A stretch of 64,000 nt of DNA, taken from Cladosporium halotolerans (taxonomy: Eukaryota). The notes under the pieces are model-generated. The model made no database searches, was not told the origin of the DNA, and saw nothing but the letters and a program-made list of their open reading frames with translations. Location: contig NW_027191504.1 of assembly GCF_011745625.1 (NCBI RefSeq), forward strand, positions 1 to 64,000, given 5' to 3'. Positions 11,843 through 24,865 of the stretch are shown here, piece by piece; positions within the stretch are counted from its first letter, which is position 1, and each line of letters opens with the position of its first letter. The translations under genes and the position numbers were made by a program.

Positions 11843-14800
11843 TGTGGTTTCAAGCAGGGATGGATGTTCGGAGTGGTGTTTGGGATGAAATGAGACGGAG
11901 AGTGATTGATGCGATGGTGCGGTGTGGGATGATGTAAGGTGGTGACGATGGAGGTATGGAATGGAAAGTCAAAAGAGGTGCTCAAGGAGTAGGAGTAGGA
12001 AGGTCGACGGTTGATCGCCGTTGGAAGTAGGCGGACGAAGGTTTGACCTTATAGGAACGGGCGACCCACCCGGGCGTCGCAGTCGCAGCGAGAAGTCTGC
12101 GTGCGCTGCCAGCAATCTCGTCTATAGTCTTCCACATCGGCGTCTCGTCAAAGCGCGCACAGGACTCCACGCCCAACGGCAGGCGCAGCACACGAGTGCC
12201 GTCACGCGGCCCCAATCCAGCTGGAGGGTCAGGCCAACCCGCTCCGGATGCTTGGGAAAGCGTGGTTCGCGCGAAGCCCCCGACCAGCCGTGATGGCAGG
12301 AAGATGCGGAGGATGGGCCAGCGCCCGGCCGCGCACTCTATTCGTGTCGCGGGCGAGGCTGGGCGCGCATCGTCTTGACTGCGCGGGCGCGCGGGTAGGG
12401 CGAATGTCGCATGTCGCAGGCCCTCGTGGCGGATGTCAATCAACGTCAGCGTCGCAGGGCTTCAGGGCAGAGTGAGGTGCGGCAGCGCTGCTGTCTACGC
12501 GAAGCACACGCACACGCGACCGACAAGGATGCCGGGCCCTGCCGGCTGGCCGGGATGGCGGGACCGCGAGGGCGGCGAGACTCGCGATCTGGGGAGCAAG
12601 CGAGTACTAGGTAGCACGTTAAGGTACTATTATAGATATTACCGCTCGTTTGACGCGCGTGAGGGAAAATTGGCGGCGACGGCACGAGAAGAAGCCTGCG
12701 CGCGCTGGCTCGCGAGGGCCATCCATCTGCCATCTGCCGCGAAGCTGCTGCCGCCGCCGGCACCTCGCGCGGGATGTGCAGGCGAGCAGGCGAGCAGGCG
12801 AGGGTGCGGTCAGCACCTCATCAGGCCCGCAACAGCTGCCGCAACCGACGACACGCTGGCTGCTGTCTGACTGTCCGTCGCCTTAGCCGCGAAGGCGATC
12901 GCTCGCTTCGCCGGCCGTGAGCTCACACGCGCGGCCCTTGGATGGTCGCCTACAGAGTGTGGGCCGCACGCACGCGGTGTGCGAGTGTCCTCTAGACTTT
13001 AGTCCAGCAGTAACGGTCATTGCCGAGCGCTCCAATGGGGGACCTCCTGCGGGCATGGACAGGGCACTCTGGCCGGCGACGGCGACGATGCGACGTCGTG
13101 ATGGAGGGTTCGGTAGCGAGGCAGGGCCAGGGCTGCTGCGACTCCACCGCAGGGACGATCGCCGACGGGTGTGGCGGTGGTTGTTGTGGCATGGCGGAGG
13201 GCAGCCAAGGGCCTTACCTTGAGGTTGTAGCTTGCTCTCGTTCTCGAAGCCTTCCACCCGCCGGCTGGCGCAGCCGGGCGAGGGCGAGGGCTCGCTGCGA
13301 GGCATCGCCCAATATAAATCGATGAAACAGGCTCGAGATCTGAGACGGCGGGCCTGCGGTCCTGCTTGATTTACCGCTCCGCAAAGGGCGCGCAGACGGG
13401 CATGATTGCTGAAGTCTACAATAGACGAGGCGCATGCGCGGTGAAACAGGTCGCTTAGAGACGCAGGCGACCGCGATCTGCAGCCATGCGGCAGCGATGG
13501 AGCCTTGGAGCGCGCACCAGCAGGCTCGACGCAGCGCGCTGCACGTCAGGACAGGGCACGCGCGTGGGCGTAGAGCAGGTACATGCAGCACACGGGCCTT
13601 GGCATGGGCGTGCAGTATGTACATGGTAGTGGCACTGTTAGGTAGTGTCGTAGTGCCTGGGTGGTAATAACTCAAACACGGGCAGCAGAGCTCCCGCGCA
13701 TGGGCATACCGCGGGGCAGGCAAACACGAGTCGCGAGCATGGGTGTGTGCTATGCTGCTATGCACGCTGCAAGGCGCGGCCCAGACCCATCGCCCGCCAA
13801 AGCGCATGTTCCGAGACGGCCACGGCTGCGCGATCACCACCGCCCAAGGTACGTGGGCTTCGCAAGGCCAGCGTAACTCGCCAGCGACACTCTCTCACCC
13901 ACCTCAACACGCCGAGCACGCTCTCACTACCACGACTACCTCTGAACTAATGGAGTCTCGCGGCTCGCTTGCGTGCCGAGGGTGCCAGCGTGTGGAGACA
14001 GGCCCGCGGTGTCCGCCAGCCAGTCGCCGCCGCCCATCACCTCGTGTTGTCTCGTTTGCGCCTAGCGGAGGCTTGGTCCTCTCTTCGGACTCTGCACATC
14101 CGAAGCATCGTCGCCGTCTCGTGCGTCAACGGCCGCGCTGCAACGCTCGAGACAGCTCTCCGGGGCATCCGTGGGCGGCTCGCGCCTTTGTTGTTCGCTC
14201 AATGTCTTCTGACATATCTACTGTACCGCCTGCCGCAGCAGCCTCAGGAAACGCGCAGTGCAGGCGACGACGTGAGGCCGCCGACCGCCGCGCTGCTGCA
14301 GCACACCCAGCGCGCGTCTCGGCGGCCGAGAGCAGCAGCCCTCTTCGGCAATCTCATGACGGTGATCAGCATAGCCTTTACAGTGGGGACGCGCCCGCTG
14401 CCAACCGATCCTTAGGCCATCGCCATCAATAAGCAACTGAATCCTTCCAACCTTGCGTTGATTTTTCTTCGCTCCCATGTAACCGCACGTCTGGCCTGGT
14501 CAATGGCGGCAGTGTGACCACTTCTCAGACCTCTCGAGCGCGCAACTCGACCACTGCCTCCCATCCGAGTCACACGGCCATTCCGTATCGACCGTCGCAG
14601 GAAGTCGCGAACGCCAGGGACTTACTGGATTCGGTATCCACCCCGGGCTGCTGAACGACGCCCTCACGGCCCTGTCCGGCGCCATCCTTTTTACCCTGTC
14701 AGCACACAAGCGGTCGATCATCTGAAGACGACTTCCCTGACCTGCAGACAGCGGCAAGTGCCGTATTTCGCTTCAATTGAAAGACGACGCACCGAGGTCC

Positions 14801-14954
14801 GAAACAGGCCTTCACATTACCAACTCGGGCTGGGCTCCAGAACTCGCTTGACAATCGTACAAGCGACACGCCAAGTTGGGCATTCTTCGATAAACTGGGA
14901 TCGGCTCCGCTGCTTCGCAAACGATATCTCCCAGGCGAGAACATCCACGCGAAC

Positions 14955-16932
14955 ATGGTCTCCTACCTGATCCTGGCCATCGTAGGCCTCGCGTTCGCCT
15001 ACGTGGCCAACACCGTCCGATGCTTTGCCGTCAACCTCGCCGCGGCGAAGAAGTCAGGGCTTCCCTACGTTTGCATGCCGGTCTACACGTTCAATCGATT
15101 CTGGCTGAGCACGCACTTGATATGGCTGCCCTTGTGCAAGAAGATCCTGCCGGCCTCCTGGCTGACGTGGACAGAGTATGTGCCGCCTCTGGTGTTGTCC
15201 CTTTCTTAAGTAAGCTGCATAGAAGCTAACGTCAGCTTGCAGCTTCGCCATCCCGGACTGGGGATGGACGCAAAAGCACGGTATCTACGAGAAGCTGGGG
15301 TGTGACATGTTCATCGTCGTCTCTCCGGGCAAGAACCTATTGGCAGTAGCAGACGCGGATGCCGTCAATCAAATCACCACTCGTCGTACTGACTTCCCCA
15401 AGCCCATCGATCTTTATGGATCGTTGGATGTCTTCGGCAAGAACGTTGTCTCCACCGAGGGCGCGATATGGCGTCACCACCGCAAGATCACCAGCCCGCC
15501 ATTCACCGAGCGCAACAATCGCGTCGTCTGGGAGGAGTCTCTCCGTCAGGCGAAGTCGATGATGGCTGGATGGATGAAGCCTGACGATGAAGTCAGCAAG
15601 CCTCTGCACGATGTATCCGACCAGATGATGCGTCTCAGTCTGCATGTCATCTCTCTTGCCGGCTTCGGTGTTCGTCTCACTTGGCCTCACGAGGATGAGG
15701 GTCCTCAGAAACCTCCACCCGGTCACTCCCTCACGTTCAAGGATGCACTCACCCTGCTCCTCGATAATCTGCTTGTCGTTCTCGTGTTCCCCAAATGGAT
15801 GATGAAGTGGGCTCCGAACAAGACCCTCAACGAAACCTACGAAGCCTACACCGAATGGTACAAGTACATGCGCGAGATGTACAATAAGAAGCTCGACGAT
15901 GTCACCAGCGGCCGCGCAGGCGACGGCATGGACCTCATGGGCGCCCTGGTCCGCGGCGCCGGCTACTCCGCCGACTCCCCCCCAGACACCCCAACCATGA
16001 ACGAGAAAAAGCCCGGCAACCCCAACCCTTCCAAGCCCATCCTGACCGAAGACGAAATCCTCGGCAACGCCTTCGTCTTCATCCTCGCCGGCCACGAAAC
16101 CGCCGCCAACACAATCCACTTCGCCAGCGTCTTCCTCGCCATGCACCCGTCCTCCCAGCGCCGCCTGCAGCAAGACCTCGACGCCATCCTCGGCGACCGC
16201 CCGAGCTCCGAGTGGGACTACGACGACGACGTCCCCAAGCTCTTCGGCAGCATGTGCGGCGCCGTCATGAACGAGGAGCTCCGCGTCCTGCCCCCCGTCG
16301 TTGGCATCCCCAAGACCACCGCCCAGGGCGTCCCGCAGGGCCTCTCCGCCGCGGGCCGCCACTACTCCGTCCCCGCCGGCTGCTTCGTCAGCCTCAGCAC
16401 CGCCGGCCTGCACCGCAACCCCAAGTACTGGCCGCACACGGACCTCGAGGACCTGAACAATTTCCGCCCGGAGCGCTGGCTGCTCGACGACGAGGCGCAG
16501 CAGTCCGCCTCCTCCGACTCTCAAGCCCAAGAGCAAGGACCCGACAAGGAGGGCCCGGACACGCGCCCCGACACGGCCTCCACGCTCTTCCGCCCCCTCA
16601 AGGGCTCCTACGTCCCGTTCTCCGACGGCTACCGCAGCTGCCTCGGCCGGCGCTTCGGGCAGGTCGAGATCCTGGCCGTGCTGGCGACGATCTTCAAGAC
16701 CTGGAGCGTCGAGCTCGATGTCAGCATGTTTCTGCGCGAGGGCGAGAGCGAGGAGACGCTAGGCGCGGAGCGCAAGAGGGAGGTCTGGCGCTTGGCGGAC
16801 GAGAGGGCTAGGGAGCTGATGAGGACGGGCATGGGGACTATTGTCACGATTCAGTTGAGGGGGGAGAAGGTGCCGTTGAGGTTTGTGCGGAGGGGCGGGG
16901 AGAGGTTTGGGGCGGGGGTTGTGGGGAAGTGA
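14955..16932 (+). CDS. Cytochrome P450 monooxygenase; exons 14955-15175 and 15243-16932
   Basis: N-terminal membrane anchor, I-helix AGHETAA, EELR (ExxR), PERW and heme motif FSDGYRSCLG. Intron GTATGT...GCTAAC...CAG restores the frame. Confidence 0.96.
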
Positions 16933-17316
16933 ACTTGTGGGGTTAGGGAGAGGGCGAGGTGTGATGGAGGGTTGATATTATGATTTCCTTCTTCTTGCCA
17001 AGGGGATTGGGACGGGCGGCGGGATCCTTGGGGTTCTGTGCCCTTGGCTTGTGGGAGGTTGTGTGATACTTTCTTTTTTTTTCTATGCACCGTAGATTGT
17101 ATGTTAGATATATATCACGGCCGACGACAACGACGACGACGACCGATCGATCTGCGACGATTCGGCGGCCAGCTGCCGCTTAGACCGGCACACGGGCTTC
17201 GATTGAAAGCCTCCCGAGCAAGAGACGCGACATACATAGACCAGAGACGAATGCTCCTGACATGAACATCAAATCTCATCCCTCCTGCCTAATACACGGA
17301 CGCCAGAGTACCTATC

Positions 17317-18811
17317 TCATTTCTCTTCCGAGGTGAAGTAAGGATGCTTCAAGGCCTGATCGGAATCAAAATCAGCACACTTCGCTCTCGAGTCTTTTTT
17401 CAAAGCGTCCACTAAGACATACCTCTTCCGCCCTGAGCCTCCGCCCACTCTCAAAAACCACCAACTTGCTAACCAAACCCCTCGCCTCGGCCGTCGCGCC
17501 GGGCAGAATTTCCGCCCACGCCTTGCCCGCGTACCGCGTGAAGCGCATCTTGCCCCAGTCGGGGAGGGTGGGAGCTTCCTGTTCGACCACCACAATAATC
17601 AGCTTCCGCACCCCCAAAACAAAAGAAAGAACACGGCCAAAAAACTCACCGGCCAAACCCCCTCGTCCGGCGTCCCCAGCACCTCAAACATACTCTTGAT
17701 CAGCGCCAGCTCGCTGCCCAGATCCCCGGAGTCGAACAGCGTCCTCCCCCCCGCTCCTCCTCCCTTCAGTCCCCCGGAAGCGTACCCCACGACCTCGGCA
17801 GCCACGCACCCCGCCGCCCACAAATCCACCTCGCCCCCGTACCCCGCGCGCCCGAACAGAAGCTCCGGAGGGCGGTAGCTCGTCGTCCCGACTTCCAAAT
17901 GCTTCGCTTCGGCCGGCTCGCTGCCCGGATCGCTGGCGCTCCAGGCGGTGCCGAAGTCGGAGAGGTAGGCTGGGCCGCTGGGGGTGGCGAGCAGGATGTT
18001 GGAGGGCTTGACGTCGCGGTGGATTATTCCTTGCGAATGGAGGTGGGCGAGGGCTGTGAAGAGGGCGTGGAGGACTGGGCGAGCGGAGGCGTGGGGCAGC
18101 CTGTGGGTGGCGAGGAGGGTGGAGAGGGGGTGGGGGAGGAAGGGGAGGGCGAGGATGAGGTTGGTGCTCGGGCCGGATTGCTGGGTGAAGGTGGAGAGGA
18201 GGGGGATGATGTTGGGGGCTTTGCTGGAGGTTAGGGCGGTTAGGAGGCGGGCTTCGCGGTGGGAGTCGTGCGGGGCGGGGAGCGTGGAGGGCGTGGTGAT
18301 TTTGAGGGCGACGAGGGTGTTGGTTTTGGGGTCGAGGGCGCGGTGGATGCTGGAGAAGAGGCCGTCTTGGTGGTGGGTTGCGTTGGTGTAGGGGCCGATG
18401 CGGGCGCCGTCGGTGGGGAGGTTGAGGGTGTTTCGTTCGGGGGTGGAGTGGTCTGAGGTTGCGGGTGGGGGTGTTGCTGCTGCTAGGAGGGTTCCGATCG
18501 ATTTCGCGCAGAGTTCGTGGTATTCGGTCTTGGGGGGTTCGTCAATAGGATATGTTGGGAGATCGGATGGTGTTGGCTTACCAGAGTCATAGCAAGCTTT
18601 CGTGCGTTTGCTTCTTCGGACTTGGCATGTTTGGTGGCATCGGTCGGCGGGCAATCAGGGTGGGCTTTTTTGTATGCTTCCGTGCTATGTATTATTAGTT
18701 TCGTGTGTCTGCATTTTGATATCGATTTCGGACACTCACTTGCATTTTCGAAGTGACAGATAATCGATCAGAGAATGTAAGTGATTTCTGCCAATTGTCT
18801 TGAGCAGCCAT
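17317..18811 (-). CDS. CMGC Ser/Thr kinase, CDK-activating-kinase (Csk1/Cak1)-like, with N-terminal helical extension; exons 18811-18744, 18684-18582, 18528-17650, 17578-17423, 17355-17317
   Basis: Motifs VALK, HRDVKPSN, DFG, VGTTSYRPPELLFG, DLWAAGC and ALKHPYF. Lacks the canonical GxGxxG loop, as monomeric CAKs do. Exons joined manually; intron 1 needs a GC donor. Confidence 0.85.
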
Positions 18812-18984
18812 TTTGACCGGTGGCTCAATATGATAAATCAAGAATCAAAGAATAATGTTTTGCTTGGGTCAACGAGGTGAAGTGTCGTATCACCTACGAG
18901 ACGTGGTGGTGTGAGATTGCAGCCTGAGGCATCCAACTGATGACGAGGTCGCGACTGCCTCGCGACTCCAGAGGCAGCTGTTGA

Positions 18985-18990
18985 AGCTCC
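18985..18990 (-). promoter_or_regulatory. GGAGCT motif (candidate Rpn4-type proteasome element) upstream of PRE2
   Basis: AGCTCC on the + strand about 130 bp before the PRE2 ATG; a GGTGGC core is also present at about 18819. A hexamer can occur by chance. Confidence 0.3.
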
Positions 18991-19121
18991 ATCAGCGTAC
19001 TGCATCCAACAACACCACCTCCAAACGCATCCTCCCCGCCGTATCAACGCCATCCATATACATCCTCCTCACTCCACGCCACTCCGAATCTCTCGCCCGA
19101 TCAACACCTACACCCAGCAAG

Positions 19122-20045
19122 ATGGATGCGCTCGTAGCGCAGCACTCCCGCTCTCAGCACGCCGCTGAGGGCTACTCGGAAGATGAGATGCAGCAACAGA
19201 TGTCCGCCGACCTCGCACAGCCTCTGTCACTACAGTTCGCGCTTCCTCCCACCGCCTCGCCCTCACAATGGCTGCGCGCCATGACCGACGACCACTCCAA
19301 CCCGCAGTGTCCCATCAAGATCGCCCACGGAACAACCACCCTGGCCTTCCGCCACAAGGGCGGCATCGTCGTCGCCACGGATTCGAGAGCCACAGCCGGA
19401 GACTGGATCGCCAGTCAGACGGTCAAGAAGGTCATCGAGATCAACAGCTGTCTGCTCGGCACCATGGCCGGTGGTGCAGCCGTACGTTCATCACACCCAC
19501 TCACCACTTCCCTCCACTAGCCGTCACACTAACACCTCCCCCAGGACTGCCAATACTGGCTCGCTTACCTCGGCATGCAATGCCGCCTGCACGAGCTCCG
19601 GCACAAGCGCCGCATCTCCGTCGCCGCCGCGTCCAAAATCCTTGCCAACCTCGTCTACAGCTACAAAGGCATGGGCCTGTCCATGGGAACCATGTGCGCC
19701 GGCGTCACGCCCTCCGAGGGTCCCGCGCTCTACTACATCGACAGCGACGGCACGCGGCTGGCGGGCAATCTGTTCTGCGTGGGATCCGGGCAGACGTTCG
19801 CGTACGGCGTGCTCGACGCCGAGTACCACTACGACATGGAGGACGCAGAGGCGCTGGAGCTGGGCAAGCGCAGCATTCTCGCGGCCACGCACAGGGATGC
19901 CTTCTCCGGTGGTTACATCAATCTGTACCATGTGAAGGAGGACGGATGGGTGAAGCATGGATTCATGGATACCAACCCCATTTTCTGGGAGACGAAGTTG
20001 AAGAAGGGCGAGTTCAGCAATGTTACGTCCAAGATGGATGAGTAA
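19122..20045 (+). CDS. PRE2: 20S proteasome subunit beta5; exons 19122-19481 and 19545-20045
   Basis: Propeptide followed by [31 protein letters not shown] and [26 protein letters not shown]. Confidence 0.97.
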
Positions 20046-21622
20046 GGATATGTGAGAGGTGGATAAGGACGAATGGAGGTGCGCGGGCACAGTTGTGAGT
20101 CCGCGAGATGTAATTCTAGAGGCTCGTGTTATCATAAACTAGCTCATGAGGTCGGGCTGTCAGACAGTCCGCAATTGCATACATTCCAACAGATAATTGT
20201 CCCAGCCGCGCCAGCAACTCTCGCCCGCTACGGCTCCGTCATCTCCATTGACAACTTTCTCACAAATGCAAAGCCAAAGCAGCCGCCGTGCCAAATCTGG
20301 TCCGAGACGCTCTGGGTTCACTTCGGGCTCAGATGGGATCAAATGAACAGAAGTGGTGAAAGTAATAGTAGCGGCGTCCCTCGACCAAACAATGCACCTC
20401 GCCCAATCAACGCCTTACTGCGCCAACCAACCATCGTCGATCTCCGACTTCGTCAATCTGATTTCCCCTGGTCTCCTTATCCAACAGCGAGTTACGGATT
20501 TGGACGCGATCCATGGAATCCTACCATTTGCGAGGAAACAAGACAAAGTAGTGAAGCTTGCATTTGGAACACCTCACTCGCCCTTCTACGTACTCCAAAA
20601 GCCCGCATGGTAACAGTAAGAAAGCTCAGAGACCGGTTCGAAGAAGCCACTGCGTACTTGTCACGCCTCGCCATGTGCAAGCCAAATCAACGCGACAGAT
20701 GACAGGAGACGATCGAACAAAACAATCTCAAAAATTGGGTGGCTAGGTAGGCATCACACCTTATTCAACGCCCTTGGCAAAAAAAAAAAAAATAGCCCAC
20801 CAACCCAACCCAACAAAAGCCGCCAAACTCCCCTCGCTGCCGAAGACATAAAGCGTCCGCCCAGAAGTCCATACCTTAGACACGAGAAATCAACAAGAGA
20901 AAACGAGCCCAACCCGAGACTTGGGACATCGCCCGCCTCTCGCGCGTGGAAACCAAAGAAGCCCAAAAACAATAATAATAAGAGGCAAGCGGAAACAGAA
21001 ATTCGCAAGAGAGAAAAGAACAAAAAGCCGATTTGTAGAAGATGAGTATCGCTCCTCAGTCCAGGGGTCCGGCTTTCCCTCTCTCCCCCTTTCAACCTCG
21101 TCTTCCGCCTCGTCAAACGAGCCAAGCCAAGCCTCCTCGACGGTGGATGTCGCTCTTCTCAGCCATCTGCGCCGACACTGTGTAGACGGGATGGGATCTT
21201 CCACGCCCGTCGGCGGGCTGAGCTCCTCGTTCGAAGAGAACCTTTACCCCTCCATCTTTCCTCTTTCTCAACCAACCGACAAACCCGCGTTGAGAACAAA
21301 ACAAACCAAGACAAATCAGAGAAAGAAAAAAGAATAGACCTCCTCGGCGTCCCATATGTACACATTATATACAAATCGCCCGCAAAACGCCTCGCGCGGA
21401 TCTCGCTCGCTCGCTCAGATCGCTTCCGCCGACTCCAACTCCTACTCCAACTCCCATCCATCTTTCCTCCCTCCCCTTTTAAATGAATAAACCTCCCCTC
21501 CCAGTTCCACGGCCGTTAAGAATGGCAAGGTAAGGTGAGGTATTTGATCAAAAACTCTCAAAAAAACGTCTCTTCTTTCACATTCCCGTCCCCAATCCTT
21601 CTCCTCCTGACCAAAGCTCAGC

Positions 21623-23882
21623 TCACCGCGGCCTCCCCATGCCCCCCTGGTGCATCCCCCCATGCTGCTGCTGCTGGCCCATGTGCCCCGGCGGCGCGCC
21701 GTAAAGCTGCTGCCTCTTCGCGTCGCCCATATCCGGCTGCCCGCCCGAGATGTCCGAGATGCCCCTCCTGTGCTGCTGGTGCTGGTGCTGCTGCGGTTGC
21801 GGGGGTCTCGGCCCTAAACCCCCCGGCGGCAAACCGGCGTACATGGGCGCCTGGACCGGCGGCGGCGGCATGCCGGCCGCGCCCTGCTGGGGCCCGAGGG
21901 CGTAGGGCGCGGGGCCTCCTTGCAGGTAGGGGTCTTCGGGGTGCGGGGCGGTGGCGCTGACGGGGGAGACGCCGAGGGGTCCCGGGCCGGGGGAGTTCCA
22001 GTTGCTGACGGTTGCGGGGGAGGTGGCGGGGGAGTCGTCGGAGCGGTAGGAGCGCTTTGCGGGGGCGGGGGCGACGGCGGCGGAGGGGTTCGGGTGGGGA
22101 GGGTTCATTTCGAGGGAGGGGGGCTGGGGGTGTTTTTTGAGGTGGCCCAGGTGCTTTTCGAGCATGCTGAGGAGGCCCTCTTTTGTGAAGGGTTTGGGGA
22201 GGACGTCGTTCATTCCTGGGAGGGATGGGGTTAGTGGGAGGGAGAGGAAGGGATTGGAGGACTTTCAAGGGCTTACCGTGCTGGAAGTACATCGCGATGT
22301 CGTCGCTGCGGATGTTCGATGTCATGGCGATGATGGGGGTGTGGTCGAATTGGCGGATGAGGTGGGTGGCGGAGACGCCGTCCAGATTGGGCATGATGAT
22401 GTCCATGAGCACGAGGTCGTATTTCGAGCCGGCGTTGAGTTTGTTGACCGCCTCTAGACCATCCAGGGCGCTGTCGACGTGGCATTGGAATGCGTACAAG
22501 AACTTCCCACCGATGCGCCTGCACGTCTGGTCGTCTTCCACGAGGAGAATTTGCGGCTGGCGGCTCCAGCCTGGATCTACGGCGGAGCTCTTCTTACGTC
22601 CCTCCGTCTGTTGCAGGCTGGGTTCTGATGCTTTCGGAGGTTCGACGTATGGGATGTTGTGGATGTGGCCGCTGTACATAGGGTCGATGCCCTGGTTGTT
22701 TCCGATCGGATAGACCATATTATCGAGGTCACCATATGAAACGGAAGTTGAGGAAGTCGCAGAGTGCGGCGCAGCGCCTCTGCTAGATGAGCGAGTGCCA
22801 TTGATGGGAGGTGGTGTTGTGAAGGAAGCGTTCATGCGCATGTGTTGCTCGTTGAGCTGTTCCAGCTTGTTGCTGTTCAGCATGTGGTCGGCATTGACTT
22901 CGCTCAGCAGCTTAGAAGCGTGCTGCAAAGGCGACGCGGGTACGTCTTCCTCTGTGGGAGGCAGGCGTCTCTCGGCGGGCTCTTCTGGGGCGACGCCATT
23001 GATTGCGCCGTTGGTGTGTGAGCCAAACGGAATGTTGACCCGACTTTCTCTTCGTCGCTGGGCGTCGACTGAAGTCAGGAAGTTCATGACATAACCCATG
23101 ACATGCTCGTGGTTGACGACAGTCTTCTGCACGCCGATCAATTCTTGCAAGAGCATGGAATGGTGCATGCTGAGCTCGTTATATCTCTCCTGCAACTGCT
23201 GGAGCTGCTGTTGGGTGGCGACAAGTTGGCTGTTGAAAAGATCCATCTGCTGAGTGGGCACAATGTCTTCCGGCATAACATTGGGCTTCCTGGGAGCCGG
23301 TGCCTTTCGTCTGATGTTATCGAGGGCATCCTTGTTGTTCATCTTGAAGTCGGGGTGTTTGAATTCCCAGGCCTGAAAGTGTTAGCTACGCGTCGCACTC
23401 GCACATATTTTCAAGCCCAACTCATACCCCAATGCCGTACGGCGAAGCACCACCTTCCTCGTTATTGTGCCTGACTTTGTGAAAGTCGTACTTGTTAAGC
23501 TGACGCACGAAACTGGCGAAGTTGCTGTGCTTGAAGTGTTTCGGGAGGATGTGTTTGGTGAATTTCTCGTTCTGCGCGTGAGAGACATCAGCCATTGCGC
23601 TCTGCCAGGCATTGAATCGCTCGCGCTCGTGTCCTTACCTCCAGCACGACGAAGCTGTCGCCCTCGTTCCCCCAGCGCACCACGCTCTCGTCCTGCGGGT
23701 TCTCCAACATCCTGTGAAAACGATTGTGAGCAAGCGCATTGGCGCGCAATTGCGGTCGAGTGCTTACTTGTAGAGTTTGCGCACCTGTTTATGCGGTCAG
23801 TGGGCAGGATACTACGCGTGGATCGGGGCGCACTCACGAAGTCGCTGGAACTATTGGCCGACTGGCCGGCGTTTCCGTCCAT
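21623..23882 (-). CDS. SKN7: Stress response regulator with HSF-type DNA-binding domain, coiled coil and receiver domain (Skn7/SrrA/Prr1); six exons including a 17-nt micro-exon at 23768-23784
   Basis: [37 protein letters not shown], receiver ILLVEDD...[14 protein letters not shown]...IIAMT...[10 protein letters not shown]. All introns are GT-AG. Confidence 0.95.
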
Positions 23883-24825
23883 GGTTGCAGATGTCGCGCG
23901 GCGCACGCCTCGGCAGTCTTCACTCGGGCTCTGGTGTTGCGCGCGACTCGAGTCGGGCAGGGTGTGTCGGCGGACAAAAGCGCAGTCAGGACGCTATGTC
24001 ATGTGCGCCCGGCCGTGTGTAGGCGCGCCGGCGGGCTGGCGTGGGCGGCGTGGGCAGCGTGGGTTGGCGAGGGACGGGAAGGGTGTGCGACTGCCAGACT
24101 GCGTGGTGCAGGAGTCGGCGATACGGCAGGTGGACAGAAGGCGGATCGAATGGGCGCACGGCGGCGGGTGAAGATGGAGTTGAGACACGGCCTTGGGCCA
24201 GGTTCAAGGCAGGGCAGCGCAGCGCAGGACGGCGAGAATGGGAGTCGGCCGGGGGTGACAGCGATGAGCTGGTGGCTTGCGAAGCTACCGTGGCGGTGGA
24301 ATGAACCCGGACTTTCCGCGCGCGCAACTCGGCAGCAGGGGGGCGTGGGAGCAGCGACGGGCGGCAGATGGTATGGCGGGGGTGTGTGGCGAGGGAGATG
24401 GAGACAGAGATGGAGACGGAGATGGAGCAGCAGATGCGAGACAAGTGGGAGGAGGAACAACAACGTGGTGGGGCGGCGGCGACAGAACTCCTCGCCCTCG
24501 TGCGGCTGGGCTGCTGGTGCTGGCACTCGGTGGAGGAAGGTGAAAGCAACGCAGGACGCACGGCAGCGGGCAGCCTGTCAGCCTGGCAGCCTGGCAGCCT
24601 TGGACAGCCGGGGCAGGGCAGGGCAGAGAGGAGAGGGAGCCACAGCGCGCAGGGCGGCAGACCAACCGAGCGACGGCAGCGCTGGAGCGGGCGCCCATCC
24701 AGCGTCGGGGGTGGCACTGGTGGGTGGAAGATGCCGGCGGCTCGTGGCGTGCCATGGTGGATGCCGCCATGGTGGATGCGCCCATGCCGCCGCGCTGCCC
24801 TGCGCCCACGACCAGCTGCCACCGG

Positions 24826-24865
24826 CCAGCAGCAGCCAGCAGCAGCCAGCAGCAGCCAGCAGCAG
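24826..24865. repeat. Tandem repeat (CCAGCAGCAG)x4 in the SKN7/peroxiredoxin divergent intergenic region
   Basis: Directly visible. A 15-bp duplication (GCCATGGTGGATGCC/G) lies just upstream at about 24750-24780. Confidence 0.8.

Noticed and set aside
20073..20702. 209-aa ORF downstream of PRE2
   Set aside because: Starts inside the probable PRE2 3' UTR, lacks the codon bias of neighbouring genes and has no recognisable domain.
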